Assembly (NCBI GenBank): GCA_964016885.1
Contig: OZ024741.1
Span: 290,656,001 to 290,720,000 of the forward strand
Origin: Eledone cirrhosa
Taxonomy: Eukaryota
DNA: 64,000 nt
Direction of reading: 5' to 3'
In this document: positions 13,587-27,889 of the stretch, piece after piece
Position numbering within the stretch: position 1 is the first letter of the stretch
Layout: each line of letters starts with the position of its first letter
The notes under the pieces: model-generated
What the model was told of the DNA's origin: nothing
Databases searched by the model: none
The model's input: only the letters and a program-made list of their open reading frames with translations
Position numbers and translations under genes: made by a program

Positions 13587-15762
13587 CATACAAACATATA
13601 TACATGCACGTACATGGGAACACATGTGTGCTTTGTCTTTGTTCTTATATAAGCGTAAAAGAGGAAAACAGAAAGAATAAAAAACGGAAGTTCTTTCATT
13701 AAGTTACCAACGTCGCTGGGACACCGTTTCGTCTAGTATTTAACGTATTAACAATGTTTACTTTGGACTATCTACTTCTTTTTTCTGTTGAAGTCTCTAC
13801 ATAGTCAATCTTACCTTTAAACAACCTGTAAGTTTGATGTCAATAGACGAATCACTATCAATATACCGTGATAGATTCACTCGTCTTTACCCCAACACTA
13901 ATAACATTTCATTAGTTTTTCTGTCTCATATGTATTTACTATATGGAAGGGAAGCGGTTAGCTTGTTTCCGTCTGCGTTTGCATTTTGTTTATTGTTATT
14001 CTTTGTCAAATGTTGGTCAAAATAGAACATTCATTGCATTTTAGCTTTATGTGCCTCTTATCAGAATGTTGATATTACCATTTAGCCCCAAGCCATCCCT
14101 ACCCGATTAAAACTAAGATTACAGCTCGTGTATTGTTTTCAGGTCTACTGCATCTAGCACAACGTTATCCAATGTACCCCTATCTTTTATACAACCGCAA
14201 AGTAAGGTTTTTCTTTTTCATAAAACAGACAAACTGTGAATTGGTAGAGTCATTTGGAGTGTTGATAGGAATGCTTGAGGTATTCATTTCGACCCTCTAT
14301 GCTCTGAGTTTATATCCCACCAAAGACATATTTGCCTTTCATACTTACGTGTTCGATAAATAAAGTATGCGTCAAAGTTGGCAGATGTGTAGTATTGTTA
14401 AAGCTTCCGACAAGATCCATCCTTCTAAATGTTCCGGCTTTTAACGTTCAACTTCCACTTATATCCTGTCGGCTTGGGCTAATCATCGGTCCATGGAAGC
14501 ATCCGTTTAACGAGTAATTGCCCAGTCGGGAGGGATAGATATTCAACCAGCATATACAAGCATGATGGGGTTTTCATTTATGAATGAAAAACTGTGTAAT
14601 ATGAAGGAAATTAAATTGCTAGTTCTTACCGCTGGTAACTCTCACTCGTGCTGTTGTTGTTTAATGCCAAGTTGGCGCACATCAAGAATACTTAATATTA
14701 AAGGCTTTCAAGCTGTAATCATTCTGTCTTTTTCGTCAATATCTCTATATGTAAGATGACATGGTGTGGTTTGTAGGAGATTTGGCTGGTAGTTTCGAAC
14801 GTCTATTGACTACATAGAGATTCACTACATAGAGATTCACTACATGGAGATTCACAGACATGAAAGAATATATACTTGTGATGTATGATGTAATCAACAA
14901 ACGGAAAATGGGAAAAAGAAACCAAAATAGTATTCAGATATCTAGAATAATATTTGAAGAAAATTCTAACGCAATAACAGCAAGTAACGTTAATATCAAA
15001 ACCAGAAGATATCCTTGATATCTTATATATAGTCCATTCTCTATATGAAGCTGGAATACGGACATTAACAAAATATTATCAAATACAAGTTGGCAGAGTT
15101 GATAGAATGTCGGTTAGAATACTTTACGGTATTCACTCCGGCTATCTATTCTCCCTCATATTTGGAGGTCAATAAATTAAATATAGGCCTGGTACTGAAA
15201 CAATTCTTCCTCAATTTCACCCCCCTGCACCCAACACACACACTCTCACTTTCTCTCTCTCTCCCTCAAGAAGAAATAGGCTGTGTCAGACCTTAAAAGG
15301 GATGGGCTTCGGTATGTTTAAAATACCCGTACGATTTCAGACAGTTAAGAATTCATAGATTAAATTCAGGCTAAAAAAAAAAAAAAAGGAGAGAAATTTG
15401 TGGTTTGTAGAAAGTCGATTGGATCGACCAGAATACTTGAATAAGATCTTATTTTATCGTCGTTTTATCCGACGTTCTATGATGATGATGATGATGATAA
15501 TGTTGATGATAGTGATGATGATGATGATGTTAATTCTGACGATATTTACGATGTTGAAGATGATGATGATTACAGAAAAAAAAGCCAATAGCCAATTTCA
15601 AAACAAATAAAACACCATAAATATCATACAATTGTGCTGTTCAAAAAGGTTGTTACAATGAAATTGTCAAATCATTTCCTTTCATGGTAACCTACCAACG
15701 AAAAATAAGCCGATTATACAATAAATCTATGTATACCCCCCCCCCCCCCCCCCACGCACACA

Positions 15763-15844
<82 letters not shown>

Positions 15845-15956
15845 AAATAAATAAATAAATATATATATATATATATATATTTATTTATATAATTTCAGTA
15901 TGTATTATACACACAAACACACTTACGTACAAACAAATTTATCTGTGCATATATGT

Positions 15957-16096
15957 ATGGCAACATTGAGGACCGAGTAAGCTAGATTACAGATATAAAA
16001 GACAGCGAGAAGCGAAAACCAACCAAACAGTGAGTGTGTTCTGTTATTAATTCTGGCAATATTACACAAATATGACCCTCCCCAAGTATAACAATA
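15957..16096 (+). mobile_element. Solo 3' terminal fragment of the Penelope-like element at 49-51 kb
   Basis: Near-identical to 51186-51326 (atggcaacattgaggaccgagtaag...ccca.tataacaatat); ends in (TA)n. Confidence 0.9.
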
Positions 16097-16112
16097 TATA
16101 TATATATATATA

Positions 16113-16380
16113 TAGTAATAATAATAAATTTGAAGACTAAAATCCAAAGAGGGCTCGATAAGGATAAATATATATCAAATATATAAGAACCGTAGAGCAA
16201 ATATTTATTAAAATAACAGATTAAAGTTTAAGCAAAGAATCGCTGCTTTCACCCTTAACGGGATCTTCTGAAACTAACAAAGTCAATCTGTAAACGCAGA
16301 ACTGGATATTTCAAAAAACGTTGCAACCGGAGGAAGACAGGAAGACGATACTTTGGTTCGTGGAAACGTTCGCTGGCTAA
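16113..16380 (-). repeat. (TA)n-associated dispersed repeat; parts also at 2154-2197 and 54977-55137
   Basis: gtaataataataaat.tgaagactaaaatccaaagagggctcg shared with 2154; attaaagtttaagcaaa...gctttcacccttaacggg.tcttctgaaact...gaagacgatactttggttcgtg shared with 54977. Confidence 0.8.
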
Positions 16381-16523
16381 GAACGGGAAAAAACGAATAA
16401 TACGTCATTAATAGGAGCGGTGAAAAACAATTACACGCAAAGACAGAACCACGTTTAGACTAATGTTCTCTTAGGTGGTGCATAGAGACGTTCTCTGGCG
16501 ATGAACGAAAAAAACGAAGATAA

Positions 16524-16610
16524 ATATTTCCCACTCTACTACCCTAAGTATTGAGTACTCTGGTGCGTTATGGTCCATCTGGTTCCTTACCACAATTCCT
16601 TTGTTTTACA
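16524..16610 (+). repeat. 3' tail fragment of the fold-back family at 20811-21230/35240-35410
   Basis: tatttcccactctactaccctaagtattgag...ccttaccacaattcctt identical to 21149-21226. Confidence 0.9.
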
Positions 16611-17556
16611 TATATATATATATAAATAAATAACTAAGTTGAGGGAAACAACATTGCCTTACTATTAAACAGAAATATGCACCACCTACGCTATATAGAA
16701 GGCAGAAGTATGAATGAGATAAGACCATGGTTAACTTTTGTTATTTAACACGAATAATAAGTCTAACTATAATACCTTTAATCCTAACATTAATTCTAAG
16801 AAGCAAGTTGTTACCGCAAACCATGGCCTCTGAATTTAAATCAAACACCAGCTAGAAGCAATAAAAAATAATCTAAGCTACCAACACTTGTATAATCATT
16901 ATGGCTATATATTATTCAGCGTTGATCTAGCAGACACCTGCATGATTGACTACACTAGCTAAGAAGGTGTAATAATACATTAACATGTCTATGTTTGTCA
17001 AGCATTTCTGCTAAACGTCAGACTATCCTTCCCGCGCGATACCTTATCTATTTCCAATGTTAATTAGTTGGAGACTAGTATAGTGTATGAACACCTTTCC
17101 CCTTTTGATTTTGAATAGTTGCTCTTGCTTTGATTGGTATTGTTAATCAATGTTCAATGATGATCTTGACATCTTGATACATCTATGGCCTCCATTAATT
17201 AAAGTTATTGCCGAGGTTAACTTTGCCTTTCATCCTTACGGGGTCGTTAAAATAAAGTACCAGTAATGTACTGGGTAATTGCTGACCTTGTGTCTAAAGT
17301 AGAAACAATTAATTAATGTTATTGTCAGCTAATGTACACTAACATTCTATATTTAATCAATTAATATACCTTTCTGTGTTTAACTTTCTCTACATTATTT
17401 TATCAAAATTAATCAGTAAAATAATATTTTATTCGTGAATTTAGATGTAATTTTAATTAATATTTCTTAGCTCTACATTTAAAAGTTATCGCCAAATTTA
17501 CAACTTATTTTTCATGCAGTAGGTGTCCCTGAATATATTTTCCGCTGTCATTTAAT

Positions 17557-17747
17557 ATAATTGTTTCTACTTTTGGCACAAGGCCAGCAATTACCCAGTG
17601 CATTACTGGTACTTTATTTTATCGACCCCGTAAGGATGAAAGGCAAAGTTAACCTCGGCGGGATTTGAACTCAGAATGTTAAGAGCCGTAACTCTATGCG
17701 TCAAAGCATTGGCGTCTGACCCTCTACCGATACTGCCAATCCACCGC
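17557..17747 (-). mobile_element. tRNA/Deu-type SINE with ~20 bp target-site duplication
   Basis: Full-length reverse copy; ccgctgtcatttaatataat at 17542-17561 and 17744-17763. Confidence 0.92.
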
Positions 17748-17922
17748 TGTCATTTAATATAATACTATACAATCCTTTCTCTAGCCATTCTAAGATCTGT
17801 AGTATTGGTTGGAATGTTTTGTTGATCAAATATATTAAGACCAGAACATGTCCGGAGTTGTTATCCTAATTACCATGGATCAAATTCACACTATTTTCGT
17901 TCTACATATAGCAAATTAATAT

Positions 17923-18625
17923 GCAGTATCGGTAGAGGGTCGGACGCCATGTTTTCCTGCATAGTTACGTCCCTTTACGATCTGAGTTCAAATCCCGCCG
18001 AGGTTGACTTTGCCTTTCATCCTTACGGGGTCGATAAAATAAAGTACCAGTAATGAACTGGATTATTGCTGGCCTTGTGCCTAAAGTAGAAACAAATATT
18101 TTTCATTCTATTAAATTTCGAGGTTGTCTCCCTTGCATTTCCCCACCAGAATTAATCATTCTCATCCATATGGTCGTTATTTTAATTTATTAATATTTCT
18201 TGACTTACTATAGTAACTTAACAATATTATTATTTTACTAGCGGACTTTGCAGCATAGAGTTACGGTCCTTTACGGTCTAAGTTCAAATCCTGCCGAGGT
18301 TAACTTTCCCTTTCATTCTTACGGGGTCGATAATATAAAGCACCAGTAATGCACTGGGGTCGATTTAAACGACTTTCCTTTCCTCCAAAATTACTGGCCT
18401 TGCGCCTATACTAGAAATCATTATTTTACCAACATGGTGGATTGGCAGTATCGGTAGAGGGTCGACGCCATGCTTTGCAGCACAGTTACGTCCCTTTACG
18501 GACTGAGTTCAAATCCCGCCGAGGTTAACTTTGCCTTTCATCCTTACGGTGTCGATAAAATAAAGTACCAGTAATACACTGAGATAATTGCTGGCCTTGT
18601 GCCAAAAAGTAGAAACAATTATTTT
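17923..18625 (+). mobile_element. Cluster of three tRNA/Deu-type SINE copies
   Basis: Copies ~17923-18100, ~18247-18425, ~18435-18625; partial copy also at ~17210-17310. Confidence 0.88.
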
Positions 18626-18919
18626 ACTAAGGAGGATTCAACAGTAAGAAATGGTTTAGACTACCTTGCTGTATCACAGCTGTCTTATCACAGATGTCCT
18701 TCTAGAATTAGTTTTATCAGCAAGCACTGACTGTTAAACAAAAGGAAAAATGAGATGACGCCTGCCAAAATATATATTTCAATGTTGGTGGAAGGTGTTC
18801 TAGTCATAGTTAGCTAATTCAAGATTTGGATGTGGGGGATAAGATTCACTGGATTGTTGCTATATCATTTTGATATAATACAGATGGTTTCATAAGATGA
18901 GCTGTGGGGTGTGTGAGTA

Positions 18920-19358
<439 letters not shown>

Positions 19359-20154
19359 AAACATTAATACATAAAAATTACAATGAAAATAAAAATAATC
19401 AGGTAAAATCTTCGACAGAGAATGTTGAACTAATGCGTTGCTATCAGGTGCTCCTAAAATATAATTTGAGGGTGGATCAAGGGAGTAGTGTTTCACACGT
19501 GAACGTATTATTAAATAAAGAAGATAAGATTAACTTGATAATTACACTGAAAAGGAACGGTGGATTTGTAGATTTGGTAGAGTGGTGGATGGAATGCTTT
19601 GTGATATTTAGTTACACCTTCCTATGTTCTGAGTTCAAATCCTGCCAAGGTCAACTTTGCCTTTAGTCAATCTGAGGTAAAGAAAATAAAGTACCAATTA
19701 AGTAAATAGTTTGATGCAATCGAATTTTCCATCTGTATACAAATTCGAGCGACTCTCTTCCGTCACAGAATGTGTGTGTGCGAGTTGTGTTTGTGTGAAT
19801 GTATATGTGTGAAAAGGGACGGAAAGGGATGGTGAAAAATCTATAGTAAAACAGCGGCTAGCGTTCCATTTGCTACGCTGTGTGTCAGTGTATGTGTGTG
19901 TGTTTGTGTGAATGTATGTGTGTCTTTATGTGAATGTATGTGTATTTGTGTGAATGTATGTCTGTGAGTGTGTATTTTTGTAAATGTGTGTCTGTTTGCG
20001 CGTTTATATTTATAAACTCATACGTATAAATGTATGCATATGTACATACACACATGCACACATATATACACATACGCATCAGAGAGCTGGAAAAAATCCT
20101 AGTTCCTGTACATTGCTGGATTTCTGTCAATGTAAAAAAGAATTATTAAATAAT

Positions 20155-20322
20155 TTTTTCTACTTTTGGCACAAGGCCAGCAATTATCCCTGTGCATTAC
20201 CGACCCCGTAAGGATGAAAGGCAAAGTTAACCTCTGTGGGAGTTGAACTCAGACCGCAAAGGGCCATAACTCTATGCTGCAAAGCATGGTGTCTGACGCT
20301 CTACCGATACTGCCAAACCACC
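20155..20322 (-). mobile_element. tRNA/Deu-type SINE with internal deletion
   Basis: tttctacttttggcacaaggccagc...cgaccccgtaaggatgaaaggc...ctctaccgatactgccaa. Confidence 0.88.
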
Positions 20323-20763
20323 GATGATGATAAGATTATTTTGATAATTGCACTAAAAAGGGAATGGCAAATTTCTTTTGATGGAACAAATTTCCTTGTC
20401 GAAATAGGTTGTCTTCACCTTTGTTCTCTCTTCAAACTCAGCTCAGTAGCTGGACTTTCTCTTTTCTATTCCAATGATAATTCGCTTTAATCGAATTTAT
20501 TCGAAAATAAAAAGAAATGCAACTTTCTGGCCATATTCTGTGCCATACACTGTTAGAGCTTTGGGAACCATATTTTTTCACTGCAATCTAGTACAATTTG
20601 ATGTTATGGAGGAACGTAATGCTGTGTGGATACCCTTACGTCCTTCTCACAGCAGAAGCAAAAACGATTCTGTATATGTGTATTGTGTGGGTGGGTGATA
20701 AAGGGAGAGAGAGAGAAGGATATATATATATAAATAAATACATAAATATATATAGAGAGAGAG

Positions 20764-20810
<47 letters not shown>

Positions 20811-20813
<3 letters not shown>

Positions 20814-21224
20814 CGAAGGAAATGTGGTAAGGAACCAGGTGGACCATAACGCACCAAAGTACTCAATACTTGGGGTAGTAGAGTGGGTAATAGGAACCAG
20901 TAAGACCCCGACGGTTGAGCTCAAGCCGTTTCAACGGCTAATTCTGGACTAAAAAAAAGTCCAGAATTAGCCATTGAAACGGCTTGAGCTCAGCCGTCGG
21001 GGTCTTACTGGTTCCTATATATATGTATATATATATATATAGGAAAAGTATGACCCCGGCGGCAGAGCACAAGCTGTTTCGACGGCTATTCAGTCCAGAA
21101 ATAGCCGTCGAAACGGCTTGAGCTCTGCCGTCGGGGTCATACGTTTTCCTATTTCCCACTCTACTACCCTAAGTATTGAGTACTCTGGTGCGTTATGGTC
21201 CATCTGGTTCCTTACCACAATTCC

Positions 21225-21230
<6 letters not shown>
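20811..21230. mobile_element. Two fold-back copies of a short (TA)n-embedded element, mirror-arranged
   Basis: Hairpin 1 arms 20890-20950/20958-21018; hairpin 2 arms 21039-21090/21100-21151; outer ~80-bp tails are inverted relative to each other. Confidence 0.9.
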
Positions 21231-21270
<40 letters not shown>

Positions 21271-21274
<4 letters not shown>

Positions 21275-21472
21275 AGAAATGTAAGCTATCGCCGTATTTT
21301 GACTAAAGAAATTAAAGAAATTATTTAGCCTGATAGTGGGGTTAAGAACCCTCGGAGAAATGGAAAAAGATGAGTATTGGCGTCCATTTCTCCGAGGGTT
21401 CTTAACCCCACTATCAGGCTAAATAATTTCTTTAATTTCTTTAGTCAAAATACGGCGATAACTTACATTTCT

Positions 21473-21476
<4 letters not shown>
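21271..21476. repeat. ~94-bp-arm palindrome embedded in (TA)n
   Basis: Arms 21271-21364 and 21383-21476, 18-nt loop, one visible mismatch. Confidence 0.95.
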
Positions 21477-21529
<53 letters not shown>

Positions 21530-22024
21530 TCTACCTCAGTACATGACTACTGTTCTATTCTGTCGATCACGGAAAGACGGAAGGCAAAGCTCACCTCGGC
21601 GGGATTTACTGTCAAAATGTAGAAAGAAGTAATTAAATGCCGTCAGTCATGTTTTCTGATGCTTTAACTATTCTGCTAATCAACCCCGCTTCTACTTATA
21701 TTAGAAATCATAATTTAGAAATGAAGACAAAGTTTATTTAAGACCGACACCTGGACGTGATCCAAAACTAATGTAATGACCAAGATAGCGCAGTATGATA
21801 AACAATATTTAAGTGAGTGAAAGTGTATTTAATTTATGAGAGAACAGAAAGTTAATGTAGGAGCAAATTATGCAGTTTACATTAAATATGCATTCATTCA
21901 CTTAACTATTAATTAATATGTGAAATATATATGCTGTGTTGGACTGAGTTGGTAAAAATAATACAGTGGAGTACTGGAGTTTGGATAAGTTTCTATGCTG
22001 CGGAAGAAAAGAGGGAACTTGAAA

Positions 22025-22059
22025 TTTTCTGACGAACACTTTGCCCTGAAACGTCAGAT
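22025..22059 (+). ncRNA. Degenerate minimal hammerhead ribozyme motif
   Basis: CTGACGA-12 nt-GAAA-CG-TC-AGA; core intact, stem II not paired. Confidence 0.4.
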
Positions 22060-23234
22060 ATATCTTCTTTCAAAAGCAGATGATCTCATTCAAACTTATG
22101 TACAACTTAAAAATACAATGGATATAGACGAAGATTTGATCGTTAGAATAAGACGCTTGCTTTTGCGGTGATAACGCCTCGGGTTCGATTGCACGGCCTG
22201 GTATGGTTTAACATTGTTTTTATTACAATAGCCTCGGCTTAATCAAAGCATTTTGGAAGCTGGATTGCATCTGTCATTTAAAGCACAAGAATTATCATAC
22301 AAATATTCATGCTAATTCTGCCTGAGTGTCTCGATAAGTGTATAAGTTTCTGTGGAATGCTCAGTAAGTTATGCTATGATTTAATTAGTTCAGTTGATCA
22401 ACAACTCAAAATCTTAATGTAGAAAAAGACATGGAGGATTCATTTATTTACATTCTATTCAACGTTCTAATGCCTCTCTCAATTTGCCACCTAAACTTCA
22501 AGAGCTCCCACACAAGGAATTGAACTTAGGTCGTTTGAATGAAAGCCGGGAATCTCTCCACGGAAGACAACATTGGAAAATTTATAGGTTATAGTGTTAC
22601 CATATTTCAATTTTTTAACCGTTTTTGTTTTTAGTCCGTGAGAGAAAAGCAGGACACCCCCACCATTATTTTTATGACTTCCGGAAGAAACGAATTTCCC
22701 AAACTGGAGAAATGCCTCGAATGCTTGCAAGCAAGTAAACAGTGATAAAATCATTTTGTCCCATTCTCTACTGACCCACTGACCTCTTCCACGAAACATA
22801 TCTTCCACCGTAGTTGTCAAAGTAGCGGTGAGTAAATCACTAAGTAAATGTACGCGATTGCAAATTGTTGACGTAAGAGAACAGAATAGATTAATAATTT
22901 AAAATGTTCAAACACGTAGTCTGCAAGAAAAAGGAATAGTTAAGTTTGTTTTAGCATAGTCAATGCAGGATTATTAAATATAACGAGATATCCATGAGTG
23001 ATGGCAGTGCTGGCTAGAATGTATGAGAGACAAAACAACCATATAAGTGAAAAACTAATCAATTTTTACTCTTCTGGAACCTGTAGTATAAACCTTCGAA
23101 CATATTTCTCTCTTATTATGACCGCCATAGAAAGAGTTAGAGCCTTCACATATATAACGAAATAGAATAGGGGTAGAATCAATAAAAATTCGTTTATGGT
23201 TCTGAGTATAGTCTAATATGTATGTATGTATGTC

Positions 23235-24172
23235 CACTGGGAGTGAAGGACCCCTAGCCTATGTCAGGGCATTTTTCTAGGAGAAGGCAACCCAGGAAAC
23301 TGGGATAACTCTGATATAAAACCTGCGGCTCAGTAGTTACCGATGATGTTGATCTTTTCTTCTTTTCGGGTTATAGCTACTGTCGCTGAGAGAGAGAGAG
23401 AGAGAGAGAGTGGGATTGGCTCAGTGCACAGTCTTTCCTCACTTAAAAAAATATCTTCACGCACAGGCATTGCACGATAGAATTAGTTGATAATTATTAA
23501 TAATGGTATAACGTGCAATGGCCATACTCGAAAACGAGGGGGCAGCCATCATCATGTATGTATGTATGTATGTATGTATGTATGTATGTATGTATGTATG
23601 TATGTACAACTTGTCTCATGGTCGGGTCGTTGTTGACTAAACTGGCAACCCCACCAAGGTTTCTTGGTGAGGAGGGTGACTTTGGACATCCTGCAGGACT
23701 AAAAACAAAACCAGTCAAAGGGCAAAGGAGCTCTTAAGAGTCAATGGCCATCCAAAATCACCTGGAGAGATGACCCCTTAGCCTTTGTCAAGGCAGAATT
23801 CTAGGAGAAGGAAAACTCTGATATATCACCTGCAACCCTGATGGTATCCAATGATGTTGACTTGTTCTTCTTTTTGGTAAATATCATCTTGGTTAAGAGA
23901 GTGCGACTGGCTTTGTGCAGTGCCTTTGCTCACTATAAAAGCTTCACGGCACAGGCATTGCTTTATATCTGGAGATCTCTCTGCACTTGTCATCACATGG
24001 TACCAAGGGCCCAGCACTATGTGTCAGTAATTGTCACAAGTGTAGTGTTTGTACCAGAGTTTTCTAGTCGCTGGTTGGACTAAAAAGTCACACTCGTTCA
24101 GCGCATCAGTAGGGGTTCTCCTACATGGATATAAAGTAGTGGCCGTACTCGAAAACGAGTTGGCAGCCACCA
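23235..24172 (+). mobile_element. Two diverged tandem copies of a non-autonomous element with (TATG)n tails, probably RTE-derived
   Basis: Shared blocks ctaggagaagg..actctgatata..acctgc, atgatgttga..ttcttctttt, cttcacg.cacaggcattgc and 3' end tggcc.tactcgaaaacgag..ggcagcca followed by (TATG)n. Confidence 0.65.
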
Positions 24173-24519
24173 TGTATGTATGTATGTATGTATGTATTTA
24201 TGTATGTATGCATGCATGCATGCAAGTATGTGTGTATGCATCTGTACATATACATATATTTATATATATCGACAGTCGATGACTTTCGTCAAGTCGGACC
24301 GAGGAAACAATGTTTCCGTTGGTCTTTCCAATTGCTAATACCATCTATCGGTCGCAACTCGAGGTATATATATGTATACCTATAAACATACATACACATG
24401 CGTAATATGTACATACATTCTTGCATATGTACAACAATCGATCCATCCTTATATATATATATATATATGAAAACAGGGAGAAAAAGACGATTATTAGGAA
24501 GAAAAATATATATATCTAA

Positions 24520-24775
24520 AGTCTAAAGTCTGTCTTAAGCCAGAAGGCTCACTTGGCCGGTGCTTATTCCGTGAAGCGACTGAGAGTACAATACCCCCTC
24601 CTAGACAGGACGCCCGTCCATCGCAGGGTTAAACCTCCAGCTATTGCTGGTACTCATTTTCAGCTGAGTATACTGGAGCAACGTGAAATGAAGTGTTTTG
24701 TTCAAGAACACAACACGCAACCCAGGAATCGAACCCACGACATTATGATTGTAAGTCCAACACACTTACCACTTA
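24520..24775 (-). mobile_element. tRNA/Meta-type SINE with different (L2-like) tail
   Basis: Reverse B box ggaatcgaaccc, aagtgttttgttcaagaacacaac, ggtactcattttcagctgagt, gtccatcgcagggtt; short (AAAGTCT) terminal repeat. Confidence 0.75.
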
Positions 24776-24847
24776 TTACTATATGTGAGTAAGGGTCCAA
24801 CACCCTTACTCACAAACATATATATATACTATATATATGTATATATA

Positions 24848-24944
<97 letters not shown>

Positions 24945-25106
24945 ATGGATGTATATATATATGTATATAAACATATAGACATACATGTATGTGTACGAAG
25001 GTAAGAGCATACATTAAAAACCTGAGAAACAACATTCCTTTGAATGCTTTATACTACGCCATAACCATTTTGCTATGGTATGTCACTCTCTCGCTTTCTC
25101 TCTCTC

Positions 25107-25158
<52 letters not shown>

Positions 25159-25485
25159 CCTCTCTCTCTCTCTCCTCACCCACCCATTCACCCAAGCAAA
25201 TTATCCCCACCATCTCTCTTCACCACCCCTACAACCACAACCAGCATCATCACAACCACTACTACTACTATTATCACCCCTCTCCACCTCTATCACACGA
25301 CCACAGCCACTATTGTCACTCCACCCCACCACACCACCCACTTCCCCCAGCTTCACCACCTTTTCTCTCACCTTGCGCGCTCTCATTTTTTTTCCTATCG
25401 TTCCCTCCCGCCCATGATGTGCACTCTCTACCACTCACGACAACCACCACCAACTCTATTATTATAACCGCTGCTGCTGCTGCTG

Positions 25486-25536
<51 letters not shown>

Positions 25537-25549
25537 ATAATAATAATAA

Positions 25550-25882
25550 TAATTGTTTCTACTTTAGGCACAAGGCCAGCAAATACCCAGTGTATTACTG
25601 GTACTTTATTTTATCGACCCCGTAAGGATGAAAGGCAAAGTCAACTTCGGCGGGATTTGAACTCAGATCGTAAAGGGACGTAACTATGCTGGAAAGCATG
25701 GCGTCCGACCCTCTAATAATAATAATTAAATAATGGTTTCTTATATAGGCACAAGGCCAGCAATTAAATCGACGCCAGTGCGTGACTGGTACTTCATTTT
25801 ATCGTTTTGAACTAAGAACGTAAAGGCTCGTAACTCTATGCCACAAAGCATATCGTCCGACGCTCCATCGATTCTGCCAATC
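25550..25882 (-). mobile_element. Two tRNA/Deu-type SINE copies with (AAT)n/(ACT)n tail
   Basis: Copies ~25550-25715 and ~25730-25882. Confidence 0.85.
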
Positions 25883-25986
25883 GGCTGGAGACGGTTGGGC
25901 TCTGCCAGGTTTAAAAGTGCCCTAGAGACACCGTCTGATGTTGCCTCTATGACTCTACAAGCAGTTATGGTTGTCTTTATCCTTTA

Positions 25987-26033
<47 letters not shown>

Positions 26034-26318
26034 ATACTACTAACACTCTGTAATTGCTTGCTTGCTTGCTTATCTGCAATGTAATATATCCAAAAGGGCG
26101 CATAATGGGAAAATACTTTGAAAGGAAGTTGCCCCTAAAATGGGAATACAAATGGAATAAAACAAGATTCGCATAAATCGAAGCACGGGTTCTCGATATA
26201 TGGAGTTTTCTGGGTACCTTCATGAACAGAGAGAGAGAAGGATAGAGAGAAAGAGATAGTAGTTGTAGAGAGTAGATGGAAAGAGAGACATAGAGAGAGA
26301 GAGAGGAGAGAGAGAGAG

Positions 26319-26382
<64 letters not shown>

Positions 26383-26490
26383 GATGGTGTTGTTGAATGA
26401 AATTACAAGCGGTGACTTCAAAGAAATTAATACAGCATTAGTGTATCTGCTAAAAAGAAAGGTTTTCTAAGTATGTATATATATATATAT

Positions 26491-26522
<32 letters not shown>

Positions 26523-26998
26523 TTAACGTCCATCTTCCACGCTAGCATGGGTCTGGACGGGAATTGTTCCGCTTGAGGCAAGATTTGTTGTCTTGCTCAG
26601 GACTGTCTGGCGGGTTTTCTACGGCTGGATGCCCTTCCTAACACCAACCACGTTTAGAGTGTGGACTGGGAGGTTTATACCGTGTTACCTACATGGCCAC
26701 ATTACAGCGTGGACTGTGTGTTTTTTTGTCGTGACACCTACACGAACTCATTTCTTTAGGACTGGCGGTGTAGATGGGGGTGGGGTAGGTGTAGTGGGAC
26801 GGGGGTGTATTTTTGGATAGGAGGTGCCTACTGACTGTAGGTTTAGCTTTGTACTTAGGCAAGGCGGGTCTTCTGTATTACTGCGTAGCGCCAAAGATCT
26901 CGGCCCAGTGACATTGTCTTGGAGAGGTGTAAGTGTGTGAGGTCGGAATTTATCAAGTCATTCCAGGTTTTTCTGGGTCTGCCAACTCCGTAGCTACC

Positions 26999-27029
<31 letters not shown>

Positions 27030-27120
27030 GATTTTGAGTTTATGTTGGTTGTATACCAACACCTCAGTATGCAGGCTGGAGCACTCGACGAAGTGCGCAG
27101 GTTGGTTTGGTTACTCCGGA
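26491..27120 (-). pseudogene. 3' fragment of RTE/RTE-X LINE with (GAT)n tail
   Basis: Minus frame [35 protein letters not shown]; 3' UTR ends in (atc)n on + strand; (TA)n insertion at ~27002-27030; older relative at ~42643-42975. Confidence 0.8.
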
Positions 27121-27156
27121 GTAGTGTAAAATAAAAGCCAAAGATGGCTGTCACTG

Positions 27157-27283
<127 letters not shown>

Positions 27284-27323
27284 TAGAAAGATTTGAATGG
27301 ATACAGTTTAGTTGGAAGGAATT

Positions 27324-27562
<239 letters not shown>

Positions 27563-27606
27563 TTGTGTATATATATATATATGTATATATATATATGTAT
27601 ACATAC

Positions 27607-27663
<57 letters not shown>

Positions 27664-27889
27664 TATCTGTGTGTGTGTGTATATATATATATGTGTGTGT
27701 GTCTGTCTGTGACTTGTATATATAGGTCACAGACACTTCCATAAATACACACACACTCACACAAACACACACAAATATATATATATGTATCCACTGACAC
27801 ATATTTATATATATATATATATATATGTTTGTGTGTGTGTGTGTGTGTTTGTATGTGTATGTGTGTGCATGCATGTGTGTGTGTTTGTG

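Noticed and set aside
22620-22745. Possible host exon after a pyrimidine tract and AG
   Set aside because: Short open frames with no recognisable homology and no partner exons
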